Positions 15,328 to 25,894 of a DNA stretch of 64,000 nucleotides are shown piece after piece. The position numbers and the translations under genes are program-made. The notes under the pieces are model-generated. The model had not been told where the DNA came from, ran no database searches, and saw only the letters and a list, made by a program, of their open reading frames with translations. Position 1 is the first letter of the stretch, and every line of letters starts with the position of its first letter. The stretch comes from Trichoplax adhaerens (Eukaryota; Animalia; Placozoa): NCBI RefSeq assembly GCF_000150275.1, contig NW_002060945.1, positions 3,061,172-3,125,171 on the forward strand, read 5' to 3'.

Positions 15328-16218
15328 ATGAGGGATGATTACGTCTGGTGCTATTCTGCAGAGGGATTTCACAAAGTCTACTACCGCCAGTGGGGAGAAA
15401 GCAATGGAAATAATGTCATCGTATGTTGTCACGGTGTTATGCGGAATTTACATGATTTCGACTATATTGGAAAGACACTAGCAGATCAAGGCTACTGTGC
15501 CGTTTGTCCTGATGTTGTTGGACGAGGCGAAAGCGATCATTTTCGAGATGCTAAAAATTATTCTTATTATCAGTACATCCTAGATATTACTGCAATTGTT
15601 GCCAAGGTCGGAGCTAAGACAGTAGATTGGCTGGGTACCTCAATGGGTGGATTGATGGGGATGATGATTGCTTCACAACCAAATACGATCATTCGCCGCC
15701 TGATAATGAATGACATCGGTCCAATCGTGTTACTAGCTGCCTTGAAACGGATCCAGGCTTATGCAGGTAAAGAAGCATATTTTAATAATTTCGACGAAGC
15801 TTGCCAGGCGATGCGTAAGAACTACGCACCTTTTGGAATAAAGAACGATGAGCACTGGATGCATATTTTCAAGCATACCGTTAAACAGCTACAAGATGGT
15901 CGATGGACCATCAAAGCGGATTCTCGTTGTATGACGCAAGGTCTTGATCCTAGCCATCAGGAAAGCGATGCACTACCAGATATTGATGAAGATGGAAATA
16001 TTATTTTTTGGAAATATTGGGAAAAAATTTCTTGCCCAGTTTTACTGACCCATGGTGCAAACTCTGATTTGGTAACAGCTGAAGTTGTTAAAACAATGAA
16101 GCAGTATCCCATACAGCTAGAGTCCTATTCATTTCAAGATGTAGGTCATGCCCCAGCATTAATGGAGCCTGATCAGATCAGTATAATTACTGCTTGGCTT
16201 AAGAAAACAACTTTATAG
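15328..16218 (+). CDS. Intronless alpha/beta-fold hydrolase (Abhydrolase_1/6-like), bacterial-type, 296 aa
   Basis: Single ORF with HG oxyanion motif (CCHGVMRN), CPDVVGRGESD, nucleophile elbow GTSMGG, LIMNDIGP, acid in HGANSDLV and catalytic His in VGHAPALM. This motif order is typical of proteobacterial hydrolases. Confidence 0.93.
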   Translation: MRDDYVWCYSAEGFHKVYYRQWGESNGNNVIVCCHGVMRNLHDFDYIGKTLADQGYCAVCPDVVGRGESDHFRDAKNYSYYQYILDITAIVAKVGAKTVDWLGTSMGGLMGMMIASQPNTIIRRLIMNDIGPIVLLAALKRIQAYAGKEAYFNNFDEACQAMRKNYAPFGIKNDEHWMHIFKHTVKQLQDGRWTIKADSRCMTQGLDPSHQESDALPDIDEDGNIIFWKYWEKISCPVLLTHGANSDLVTAEVVKTMKQYPIQLESYSFQDVGHAPALMEPDQISIITAWLKKTTL

Positions 16219-16535
16219 ATCCAATCTCTCTAACTTTGAAATATTAACATAGAATAATAATACGTATAATGCTATTCAGTAGTACACAACTGTATAACCG
16301 AAAAGGCTATTAATTACTGCTCAAAATTGATATACTGTACATAATTATCCTAGAATAGAACACATATTCCAGCTACATCAATATTTATACCGCCTACTAT
16401 TTCAATTTTCTGTAATATCAAATTATAGCTGCATGATAATAAGAATTCATTATCATTGGCTAAAGTTGTGCAAACGCTCTGTAATAAATATCATTAATCT
16501 ATACTGATGCAAGTTATAACCTTCAGCCATTATAC

Positions 16536-16560
16536 ATATACTGTACATTGTACAGTATAT
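16536..16560. repeat. Inverted repeat ATATACTGTACA-T-TGTACAGTATAT
   Basis: 12-bp perfect arms with a 1-nt spacer; same core as the 14490 palindrome. Confidence 0.9.
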
Positions 16561-17672
16561 ACCTGTAATTTTGATGACAATTTTAGAGCAAATGAAGGAA
16601 TCATGAATTGAAAAGAGTGATAAGGAGTGTGTGAATATACAACTTCAGTAGTATTATTTTATTTGGATAGTCATGATAATATTCTAACCGACAGCTCTTG
16701 TAAACGATAGCAAAAATCTTCATTTAATTAATTGATTTTAGAGGAGTTTTGTTTATTGTCAATGGTTTTGATATTTTGTTAAAACTATGAAAACTATTGA
16801 CAAAACACAAAATTCCCTTTAATTTTATTCGATGCACGGTGTACAAGTGATATAATTGCACTGCATTAAATGATGGCTATCCACTACATTTAAAATGGGA
16901 AAGATCATAATGTCATCACACTATCGCTCATGACATCGTAGATGTACTAAATCTACAGTATTACAATATCTGTACTTCGATTCGAATGCACAAATCGCTG
17001 CGAAAACTGTAGTAATAGCTCAATGCCGGGTGGAAAGCAACCCGAGAACATGTGTAACAACTTTATTACTTTACAGTTATTAATATGTCCTGTATACCGA
17101 TCTATAATATCAAGTTTGTAGCCTCTCGTTTAACTCTTTTAAATGTAGATTTCACACGTTTCGAATGGCAGCTGCTAACTGTGTTCGGTAGTTCTGTTCA
17201 GTACAGTAAAAAGTACTGTAAGCACTGTACTATACACTGTACACTACAGTAGTGTACAACAATTTGCACATTGCCTAAAACCATAGCCTGAAGCTTATAC
17301 TGTAGATGATAACGGTTTGAACCGAACCGAACCTTTCTCAGGTCTACAGTGAAACCTAACTCAAGGCGTTTTTCTTCGGTATCTAGGCTACGCGCGTATC
17401 TACGTTACTGCCCAATCAGCTACTGCACGCAATCATCGACACAGTAATAGCGGTTAAATTCATATTTCATATCTAATGAGATGCGCTTTAGTTTCTTCAG
17501 TATCGAGTTTTACAACCTTCATCAGGATTGATAATACAGTAAATTGACGGTAAAGTATAGGGGCATAATTGTGGTAGACAGCTTTCTTGCCCAAATTATT
17601 GAACAAATTTCTACTTTGACGTTGAGAAACTGCAAATTTCAACCGGTTATCTGTAAGAGTTTGGAGCCCACG

Positions 17673-20157
17673 ATGACGACAGTACGAGAATGTGTTCTAC
17701 TTGCCTTTGCCTTTTGCCGCATTGGGTTATATACGGTAGGAAATTTTTTCAAAACCCCTTGAAGTGCATTCTATTCCTATTTTATAGTATTCTATTGATA
17801 GCACTCAGCCATATCGTAACCAATGTTCGATCTCGTTCACGCGAAATGAGTTGGTATATTTTCCCATTTATATACACGTATCTACAAAATGGATATTATA
17901 TAGCTTATTATAAGGTTATTATTTACATTTATCTATGCTCTATTTACAGTACTGTATCTATAATATCTATATTCTAGTATACGTTACTCTTTATAGTGTA
18001 AGCGTTGTATTGTGAACTAAAGACTGTTCAGTAAAAGTAGAAAAATGTTATCGCCTATCTACAGTATATAAGATTGGTAGCAGTTTAGTATGCCATTCTC
18101 CTGTATGGAAATGATTTTACTGGATATTCGATGTATTTGCTGTAACATCTATTGAAACCATCTTACAGATAACCTCCTTGACTATGCTTGGCAAAAGTTA
18201 GTTACTTTATATCACTCTAGTCGCATATAAAATTGCAATAATCCAGAGTAATTTTATTAATGGTTCATAAAATATTTCACCAAATAATAATTAACAGATA
18301 ATTAATAACTTGACAGTCCAATTTTAAATACGCACATGTGGCGGTTAAGTATACACACTGATCATGATAACACCATCATAATTCATTAAATCGCATTTAC
18401 TAATTTAGTTTAGATGGGAACTGACATACAATATACTGTATTATTATACCTTCAGATGCTATTTCGTTAAGATACCTACTCAAATCTATACAATGAGTTG
18501 CGTAACTATTGTGGGTTTAGTATTAATTTTTCTACAAAGCCATAATGTAGAAAAGAAGATGTATTGATTTTAAGTATTTATTTAAATCTAAAATGATAAC
18601 AAATAAGTACTTCTAACTGAATGAGTAAACGACTAATCGTTTGATGAATTGCCAAATGTGTAAGTAATCTTAGCTCGTGGGCCTTTGCGCGCTAACAATC
18701 AGTCGGCCAGTGGCTTATCATCTTATAGTTAACAATCTTTATGGTCTAGCATCAATTGCCCAATTTTACTAATGAAAGCAGCATTTTTTAGTAAACAATA
18801 CTTATTCATCTTTAATTAATGAGATAGCATGTACCACAGCATCTTCGCTACGTAGAGGATAACAATTATAATTATTGTTAAACAATAATATTGCGGTTTA
18901 TATAAAATTAAGTACGATAAGCCTTTCCATTTTATCTAATAAAAAATTTATAGCTGTTTCCTTTAGAGTGTAGTCAAGTTTTAATTTAATATCTGCAGTG
19001 CTACAGGAGAATTTTCTATGGACCTCCCCCTCCCCCAAGGCCGGGCTTTTCAGCAATTTGCATTGGAATAACTGGAGCTGGAAAGTCCAAAGTTCTTGCT
19101 GTTTTATGCAGTGAAAAGGATGAAATCATACCTACCCAAGGTAATAATTTCATTCCATCAGGTTAAGCCTTATCAAAAATTGATCTCATAGAAAAATTAT
19201 AATCATATAAATACTCCAGGGTTTTCAATTAAGGATGTTCCTTTTGAAAATGCCATACTTCATGTAAAAGAAATTGGAGGTAATTTGACAAATTTGTCTA
19301 TCTAAAAAGGTATACGTGTATATAGCTATATTACCGATAATTCTACACCTTTATCAGCAATGAAATCACCTATATCAGAATTATCGTGTAATAAAATATA
19401 CCTGCCTAATAATACTCTAGTTCATATTAATTCCATATTAGATGCTCAATTCTATATTTACACATAGCAGTATGCATTCGTAACTACTTATCTGAAGGGT
19501 TTGCGTAACTTAATTCATTTTAGGTAGTGAAATGCTTCGAAAATACTGGAAAAAATACTACCGTGGGGTACAAGGAATTGTAAGCAATGCGTAGCTTGTG
19601 CATACTGCACAGATAGTTGATATGGTTATTGTTATCTACTCATACAGAAAGCTATTCGGTTAATAAATTCTTGTCATCACATAGATAAACAGTATTGTAT
19701 ATGCTAACACTATTTTTTTAATTTTTTAGATATTTGTTGTAGATAGTTCTTGCGATGAAGACACACTAAAAATAGCGTCGGAAGAATTTTGTAAAGCAAT
19801 TATGGATCCTGATTTGGCTGGGTTGCCGTTACTCGTTCTTCTTAATTCGATAGACCAATCGAAAGCCCGTAGCATTGAAGAAGTTAGTATTCTGCTGCTT
19901 TTAACATAAGATACGACCCTGAGACTATCTCAAATATTGATCAATTAAATTCATTTTATAACGCTGTCATGATATTGACAATATTTCATTTCTAGATAAC
20001 TGATGCTTTTAACATTAATGAATTGTGCTCTGAGAGAAAGTGGTCCATTCGGAATTGTTATGCCTGTGATGCTGATTCGGCAAGGTCCGCTTTTAAACCT
20101 TTCATAGAAAATATGCTGGAACAGTATGGCCATTCTAATGATAATAATAGGCTATAA
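17673..20157 (+). CDS. ARL15: ADP-ribosylation factor-like GTPase 15, 6 exons, ~211 aa
   Basis: Exons 17673-17735, 18999-19140 (GPPPPPRPGFSAICIGITGAGKS...PTQG), 19220-19279 (FSIKDVPFENAILHVKEIGG), 19524-19579 (LRKYWKKYYRGVQGI), 19730-19882, 19996-20157. The Pro-rich pre-P-loop segment and E-x-GG in place of DxxG are ARL15 hallmarks. The first exon is less certain. Confidence 0.92.
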
Positions 20158-21488
20158 TCACGCTATAGTATCTACTTCCTCTATTTTACCCCTATCAGAT
20201 AATTGAAGTAACGTAGTAATGCTGCTTTTCAGTATTACAATATAAATTTTCTTCGATTTCCTTGTATAATTACCTGCCATAAGAAAGAGCATCGTCGTTA
20301 AGAACATATTTTAGATTTTTTTGAAGATAAAATTGCTAACCCTTCGCCTTATATTATAGGTTTAGTAATCTTTTTAAGTGTAAATTAATAATATACGTGT
20401 ATAATGAAAAAATATGCATAGGTATCATTAATATATACTGATGATGAAGGTAGTACTACGATGATACTGTATAAAGTGAAGTGCATCAAATTCATGTTTA
20501 TATTACTATAACTACTCGATAAATGAACTTATGCTAATATGTTGTACATTTGTTATCAAATCTTGCTAGTTAAACTTGATGTAAAAATTTTTACTTCAGT
20601 TTTTTAGCTTTAATTCTTGCTAGTTAAATACAGCATAAAATCCAACTTGTAGTTAATTAATACCATGACATGTCATCTATGATTTCAGCAATTTTTACAT
20701 ATTTGCTTCTTCACTCTTTGTTAATTACGTAAAATCTATCACGTCTTCAGTACCGCAGTCGTGAATATAGTTATTTATCCAATTCCCGCTGCCAATGACA
20801 ACTTGGTAAGAGTAAATCAACGTTATTATCAGATACTAGTTATTTAAGCATATACTATTTCATCAAGCCCGACACGTTTGGATAGTTATAAAAAATTTGA
20901 ATCTATAGATATACCATTTAAAAATATTGCTTTCACATGATTGTTTTCATACCATGAATAAAAGATAGTAAATCTCTACTTATACATTAAGCTGGAGTAT
21001 TACGTGACTTCGACTGGATACAAATAATGAGACACTATGATCTGCCAATAGAACTGACAGCGTCAGAAAAATTAATAAGGAGTAACTAGGTCAACAAAAT
21101 TTGACACAAATAGCAGACATAAATTTATTACGTAATACAAGCTACCTCCAAAATTAGATAAACATTATATACCATACTTTGCAATAGATATCAATTATAG
21201 GTGGTAAGTTATAAAATCTACTTTCAACATTCATTAATTTACAGTATCCGTGCCGCTATTCTCGTACTATAGCGATATTTATGCAACGATAGAAATTCTA
21301 GCATATCATACAATGGTGCCCAGTTACTTCCGCTGTAGTAACATATTGACAGAAATCATAAATATAAAATATCATTTCAAAGCATTGTCTCTTTGTATAT
21401 TCTTCAGCTAACAGAATAAGCGAGATGTAAGTAAAAATTGGCACAACGTAAGTATACGCTAGCGACTTGATAATCATATAAACTAGAA

Positions 21489-23313
21489 TTATTTAGTAGA
21501 CACTCTGGTTTTCTTATTCCATGAGAAGTTTGCACCGTATGTCTTGGGTACCATTGTTGGTAATTGGGGCGAATCAACAGTATAAGTCCAACCTATTACA
21601 ATGAATGATGATAAGTGTAAAATTAGCACGATTACTGCATATAAAATCACAAATTTCTCGATATTCCATTAATGACATACAGAGCATTATAATGTAGCGT
21701 AATATCAATTAATAAAAATAACATCCATTCACACAATTTTATGTAGTAGCATTATAACTTGCAGAAAAGAACCGCATTAATACCAATACGAAATTACTTT
21801 GTCTAATAAAATGTGCAAATTTTTAGTTTATTCCTTAGTACAATCATACCGTTTTTCTCTGCGAATGCAATAGCCTCTTCTTTACTATCGAATTGTACAT
21901 AAACGTTCGACACCGGATCAGCACTGTCAAAAATGAACAATTACATTAATTTTATTCATTATCGTAATCATTCAGTTTTTTCTGTAGTTATTAATATGGT
22001 TGGACATAGTTCGCGTTTTCAACTAATTAAATCCTTGGAAGTTCGAAATATTCCAAGATCGACATTTTAATTAACGGACGTAGATTATAGTGTTCTAATA
22101 CAGTAACAAAAATTGGTTCTAAATAAATCAGTTAAAGTAGTGACAGCTATGGCTTGGATACAGTAACATTAATTGCATGTTATAAATACCAATGTAGTGC
22201 CTAGCAATTGAAATTTCTCAGTACTAACATCAAATCCATTAAAAAGAACACAGTATTACCTGGAAGCCCAGCCCATCAGTGGATTTTCCCATCTTTCTTG
22301 GTTATCAAAATCTAAGATCCACAGACGTGTAGCATAAGTACCAGACTGCATAGCGTTACGTGCAGGCTTATAGATACGAACTATCCGAGTAGCCATTTCA
22401 TCCATTGGAACTCCAGTAACTTCAGATATATCTTTCTGTAAGGTCAAAATGTCAATTAGCAAACTCTTGAAATGAGTACAAACAATTTACTGGTACAGCA
22501 GTCGACGAATCTACTAGCATAAGTAATATACATAATTCTATGCACACAAGTTTATCCATAGATGATGCGCGTATGATCGCAGTAAAATCTAGGGTATAAT
22601 GTTGAACGCTTTTTTTCTCGAATATAAGTTCTGCAATAGGATAATATTTACAGCATACGCTTAAAATACCTGCTACGATTGTAGCATTTGTAAGAATAGA
22701 GATCAATTTGTAGGTAAAATTAAAAAAAGTATCGCAATAAAAGAGGGAAATCATTTCCCGAACAAACATGTGGTATGATTTTAATATCCCAACACCGAGC
22801 GTGAAGCAATGCGATGCTTGGAGGAATGGAAAAGGTTATTGCTGTACTGTACGTGTTGACTCTAGCTACATTGATCACTATACTGTACTTAGTATACTGT
22901 TGTACAGTATACTATCTGGAAATGCGAGGCACCGTCAATATACTGTATAGTTAAACGTTTCAAAAATAAGTAGCATATCTTCCAGTTGATCGATTTAAGA
23001 GTACTATATCGTGAAAGGTTTTATCGCTTGCAATAAATATACTGTATAATCGGATAAAGGTGATATTACACACCACGCTTTATACTAGTAGTACGAGTTT
23101 ATTTTATTTTTCCAAGATTAACGGCAAGCTGCTGAAATTAGAATAGTAGTATATGTCTTTTACCTCCACATTTTTATATAAATCAATTTTCTTGTCCTTC
23201 TCACCAACTGTTACTTCATTGAACTTTATTGCCGAACTAGAAAGACCACGCCATACAGTTCTATTTCGTCCTAGAGAGACAGTTCTACTAGCGACTCGCA
23301 TCCAATTCGCCAT
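21489..23313 (-). CDS. NDUFS4: NADH:ubiquinone oxidoreductase subunit S4, 4 exons, ~167 aa
   Basis: Exons 23313-23164 (Arg/Ser-rich presequence), 22435-22260 ([13 protein letters not shown]...[12 protein letters not shown]), 21923-21850 (ADPVSN...[14 protein letters not shown]), 21592-21489 ([16 protein letters not shown]). Confidence 0.96.
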
Positions 23314-23658
23314 GTTGAATTTTCTCACCAGCGCAAAAATCTGCTGTGAGAACCAGTGACAACAGTAGCTAGAGTACAGTGTACAGTACGTACTAGCCTA
23401 CAGTACATGACTACCGTACGAGTACTGTAGTAGTAAGGTAAATGTTGTCTCTATCGCCACTACAGTTGTTAGAGTACAGTATGCAAGCCAGTGTTGTGAT
23501 TAAAAACTCTATGGAAAAGTAAGGTAGGCAAACCTCAACAGCTTGAGCAGCTTGCCAACCTCGCCGACCTGACAGCTGTAGACTCTAGTAAGAAATCTCT
23601 TCACAGCAACACCGACACAACTTGCCTCCATACTGTTTGATGGATATTTAATACCGAC
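23314..23658. promoter_or_regulatory. Compact bidirectional promoter shared by NDUFS4 and MRPL34
   Basis: 345 bp separate the divergent ATGs, with a dense TACAGT/TACTGT cluster at about 23363-23480. Confidence 0.7.
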
Positions 23659-24573
23659 ATGTTAGCGAATTTATCAAATATCTTCCGTCGAATCTCAACC
23701 AACATCATTACGCAAAGACAAAACCTTGTCTTAAGTCTATCACAATGGTAAGAGCTTAGCAAGAGACCAATGTCAAATGATTGAAGGCCTTGACTTAATT
23801 ATTATTATCGACTAATCGATCGCTCGCTCGTGTACCATGGACTACTAAAAAATGAAATTTTAAATTTTAAAAATAGCTCATGCTTGTACCTTTTACTTGT
23901 ACTTTACATTATCACCGACTCACTGCACACTAAGCATATTTAATATTTACAATCTAAAACTGGTGCTCATGACTCAATTTTTGTAGAAATGGATGATGTA
24001 CTGTGCGTGCGTACTTGTTTAGAGTTCTGCATGAAATGACATATACGAGTTGGTATGCTCATAGGTCTTACAAAAGTGACTAATCAATAGACAGCAGCGT
24101 TACTATCTATTTAGCCATACACTCCTAAAGTACGTAATTACCATACCAAATAGCATAAAAGTCCTATTTAGATTGCGTCTTTTTAAGTGTCGTAGTTTGG
24201 AAATTTTCCTCTGCGATGTCTAGGATTACGGATAAAGATAAACATACGCGTAAATAGGATCATTTTGAGCTCTTGAGAGTACTTCATGTAAAATCTGCGC
24301 AAGAATATCAATCCAAGTTGATATAGAAACTATGCCTTTATTGTCTGTTACTTAACTTTACAAATTACTGAAATATGCTCTACTAGTGCTAATGACATTG
24401 ATCTAATTTGGTTCATCAGCTGTAGAGAAATGGCTACCTATGGTCGTGAATATCAGCCTAATAATTTACAGCGCAAGAGAAAGCATGGATATCTAGCTAG
24501 ATTGAGAACTGCAGGGGGACGAAAAATTCTGGCTAGAAGACGAAAGAAAGGCCGTAAATACTTAACACATTAG
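23659..24573 (+). CDS. MRPL34: Mitochondrial ribosomal protein bL34m, 2 exons, ~91 aa (absent from the ORF track)
   Basis: Exon 23659-23747 ([29 protein letters not shown], presequence-like) joins in phase 2 to 24387-24573 (...[45 protein letters not shown]), the L34 signature. Confidence 0.92.
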
Positions 24574-25894
24574 ACTCGTTTTAATCAATAACAAGTTGTT
24601 AAAATGCAATTTTAATGACATTAAACTGTGGCGCAGCATTTCACATTAGCGTCGTCATCTTATTGATTATATCATTGCAAAGTGCAATACAGTTGCCCAT
24701 TGAAGTAATCAGAGGTTATGACGCTTCAATATTTAATCTAAATTTTGATTTTTAGATACTGCAATAATACGGTAATCTTCCTGTTTATCTTTGAATTTGT
24801 TAATATATAAAAATACTAGTTACTTCTGCAGATATAGCCATGATCAACATGTACAGTATAATATTATTACCATTTTATCGAGGTAGTCATATGGTAGATG
24901 TCTTATCTGTACAAGATTTTTTAATGTTATTTTGCATTCAGAAGGCATTGATTTTCGTGAATAAAATTTTACAGTAATAATTCTCTTATGCTATATCAAC
25001 AAATTTAATAATCGTCAATCTATCTTATAGCATATTTGCCGCTTGTTGCTTACGGTACGGTATACACGGTAATTATTATACTGTACAACTGTACTGTAGT
25101 TGTTAGCGAGCTTGCATTCGAAAACATACTGTACGTAGAAATTGAAGATACATCAATGGATATGCGGTCTATCACAATATGTTCAGGCGAAAAATTTCGT
25201 CTTGATGCTCTTTATATTCCTATTGACCTATTTACTGTATTACCTCACGTGTTCTATGTTCACTTTTCAACAGCGTTTTGAGTTAAATGATAATTATGTG
25301 CTGTACATTGGTTCTATAGAGCCAGTAACACTTCTGATACAGTAGAGTTTAAAGAGAACTGTTTTCCTTCAATTAAAAAGATAATTAACCTGCACGGTAC
25401 CCCGCCATTTATAGCTCTAAGATTAAGAGTTCGAAAGACATAAGATTTTGCCAAAGTTAGCGGAGACCTCTTTTATTAAAAAAAATTCAAAACCTTTTCT
25501 TGAGCACAAGTGCTATCAAACATAGAACCATAATAAACACTAAGTGGCAAACATATAATACTTAAGGCTATAAATTACAAAATATAACAATGTAACGCAA
25601 TTATTGCTCCATTTCTAAAATATGACAATTATGCTACGATAATAAAAGAATATAAAAGGGTCATTTGCAGAAGTCTACATCACATTTGGGTTACAGTCGA
25701 ATAGCTAGTTAGGTAAATTGTATCTTATAATATAAAACGTTAATACCTGAATAAAATCGTTTCATACATTTTTACATTTAATCAAATTAGGATAAAATCT
25801 ATGTAGATTCATATTACAGTCACTAAGTCGTCTGAGTATTAACAATTGTCATTACTTTTAATCAATAATAATTATCACCGAAGTTGGAACGGAC

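Noticed and set aside
15328-16218. Hydrolase as an ABHD8 orthologue (ABHD8 lies between ANKLE1 and MRPL34 in human) or an SPG21 duplicate
   Set aside because: Its motifs match bacterial-type hydrolases, not what I recall of ABHD8 or maspardin, and it is intronless. A phylogeny is still needed to exclude this formally.
17027-17044. Structured RNA hairpin CGGGT-GGAAAGCA-ACCCG
   Set aside because: Only a 5-bp stem, with no surrounding SRP, snRNA or snoRNA features.
24091-24129. Extra middle exon in MRPL34
   Set aside because: Joining it to exon 1 creates an immediate TGA, and the splice signals are weak.
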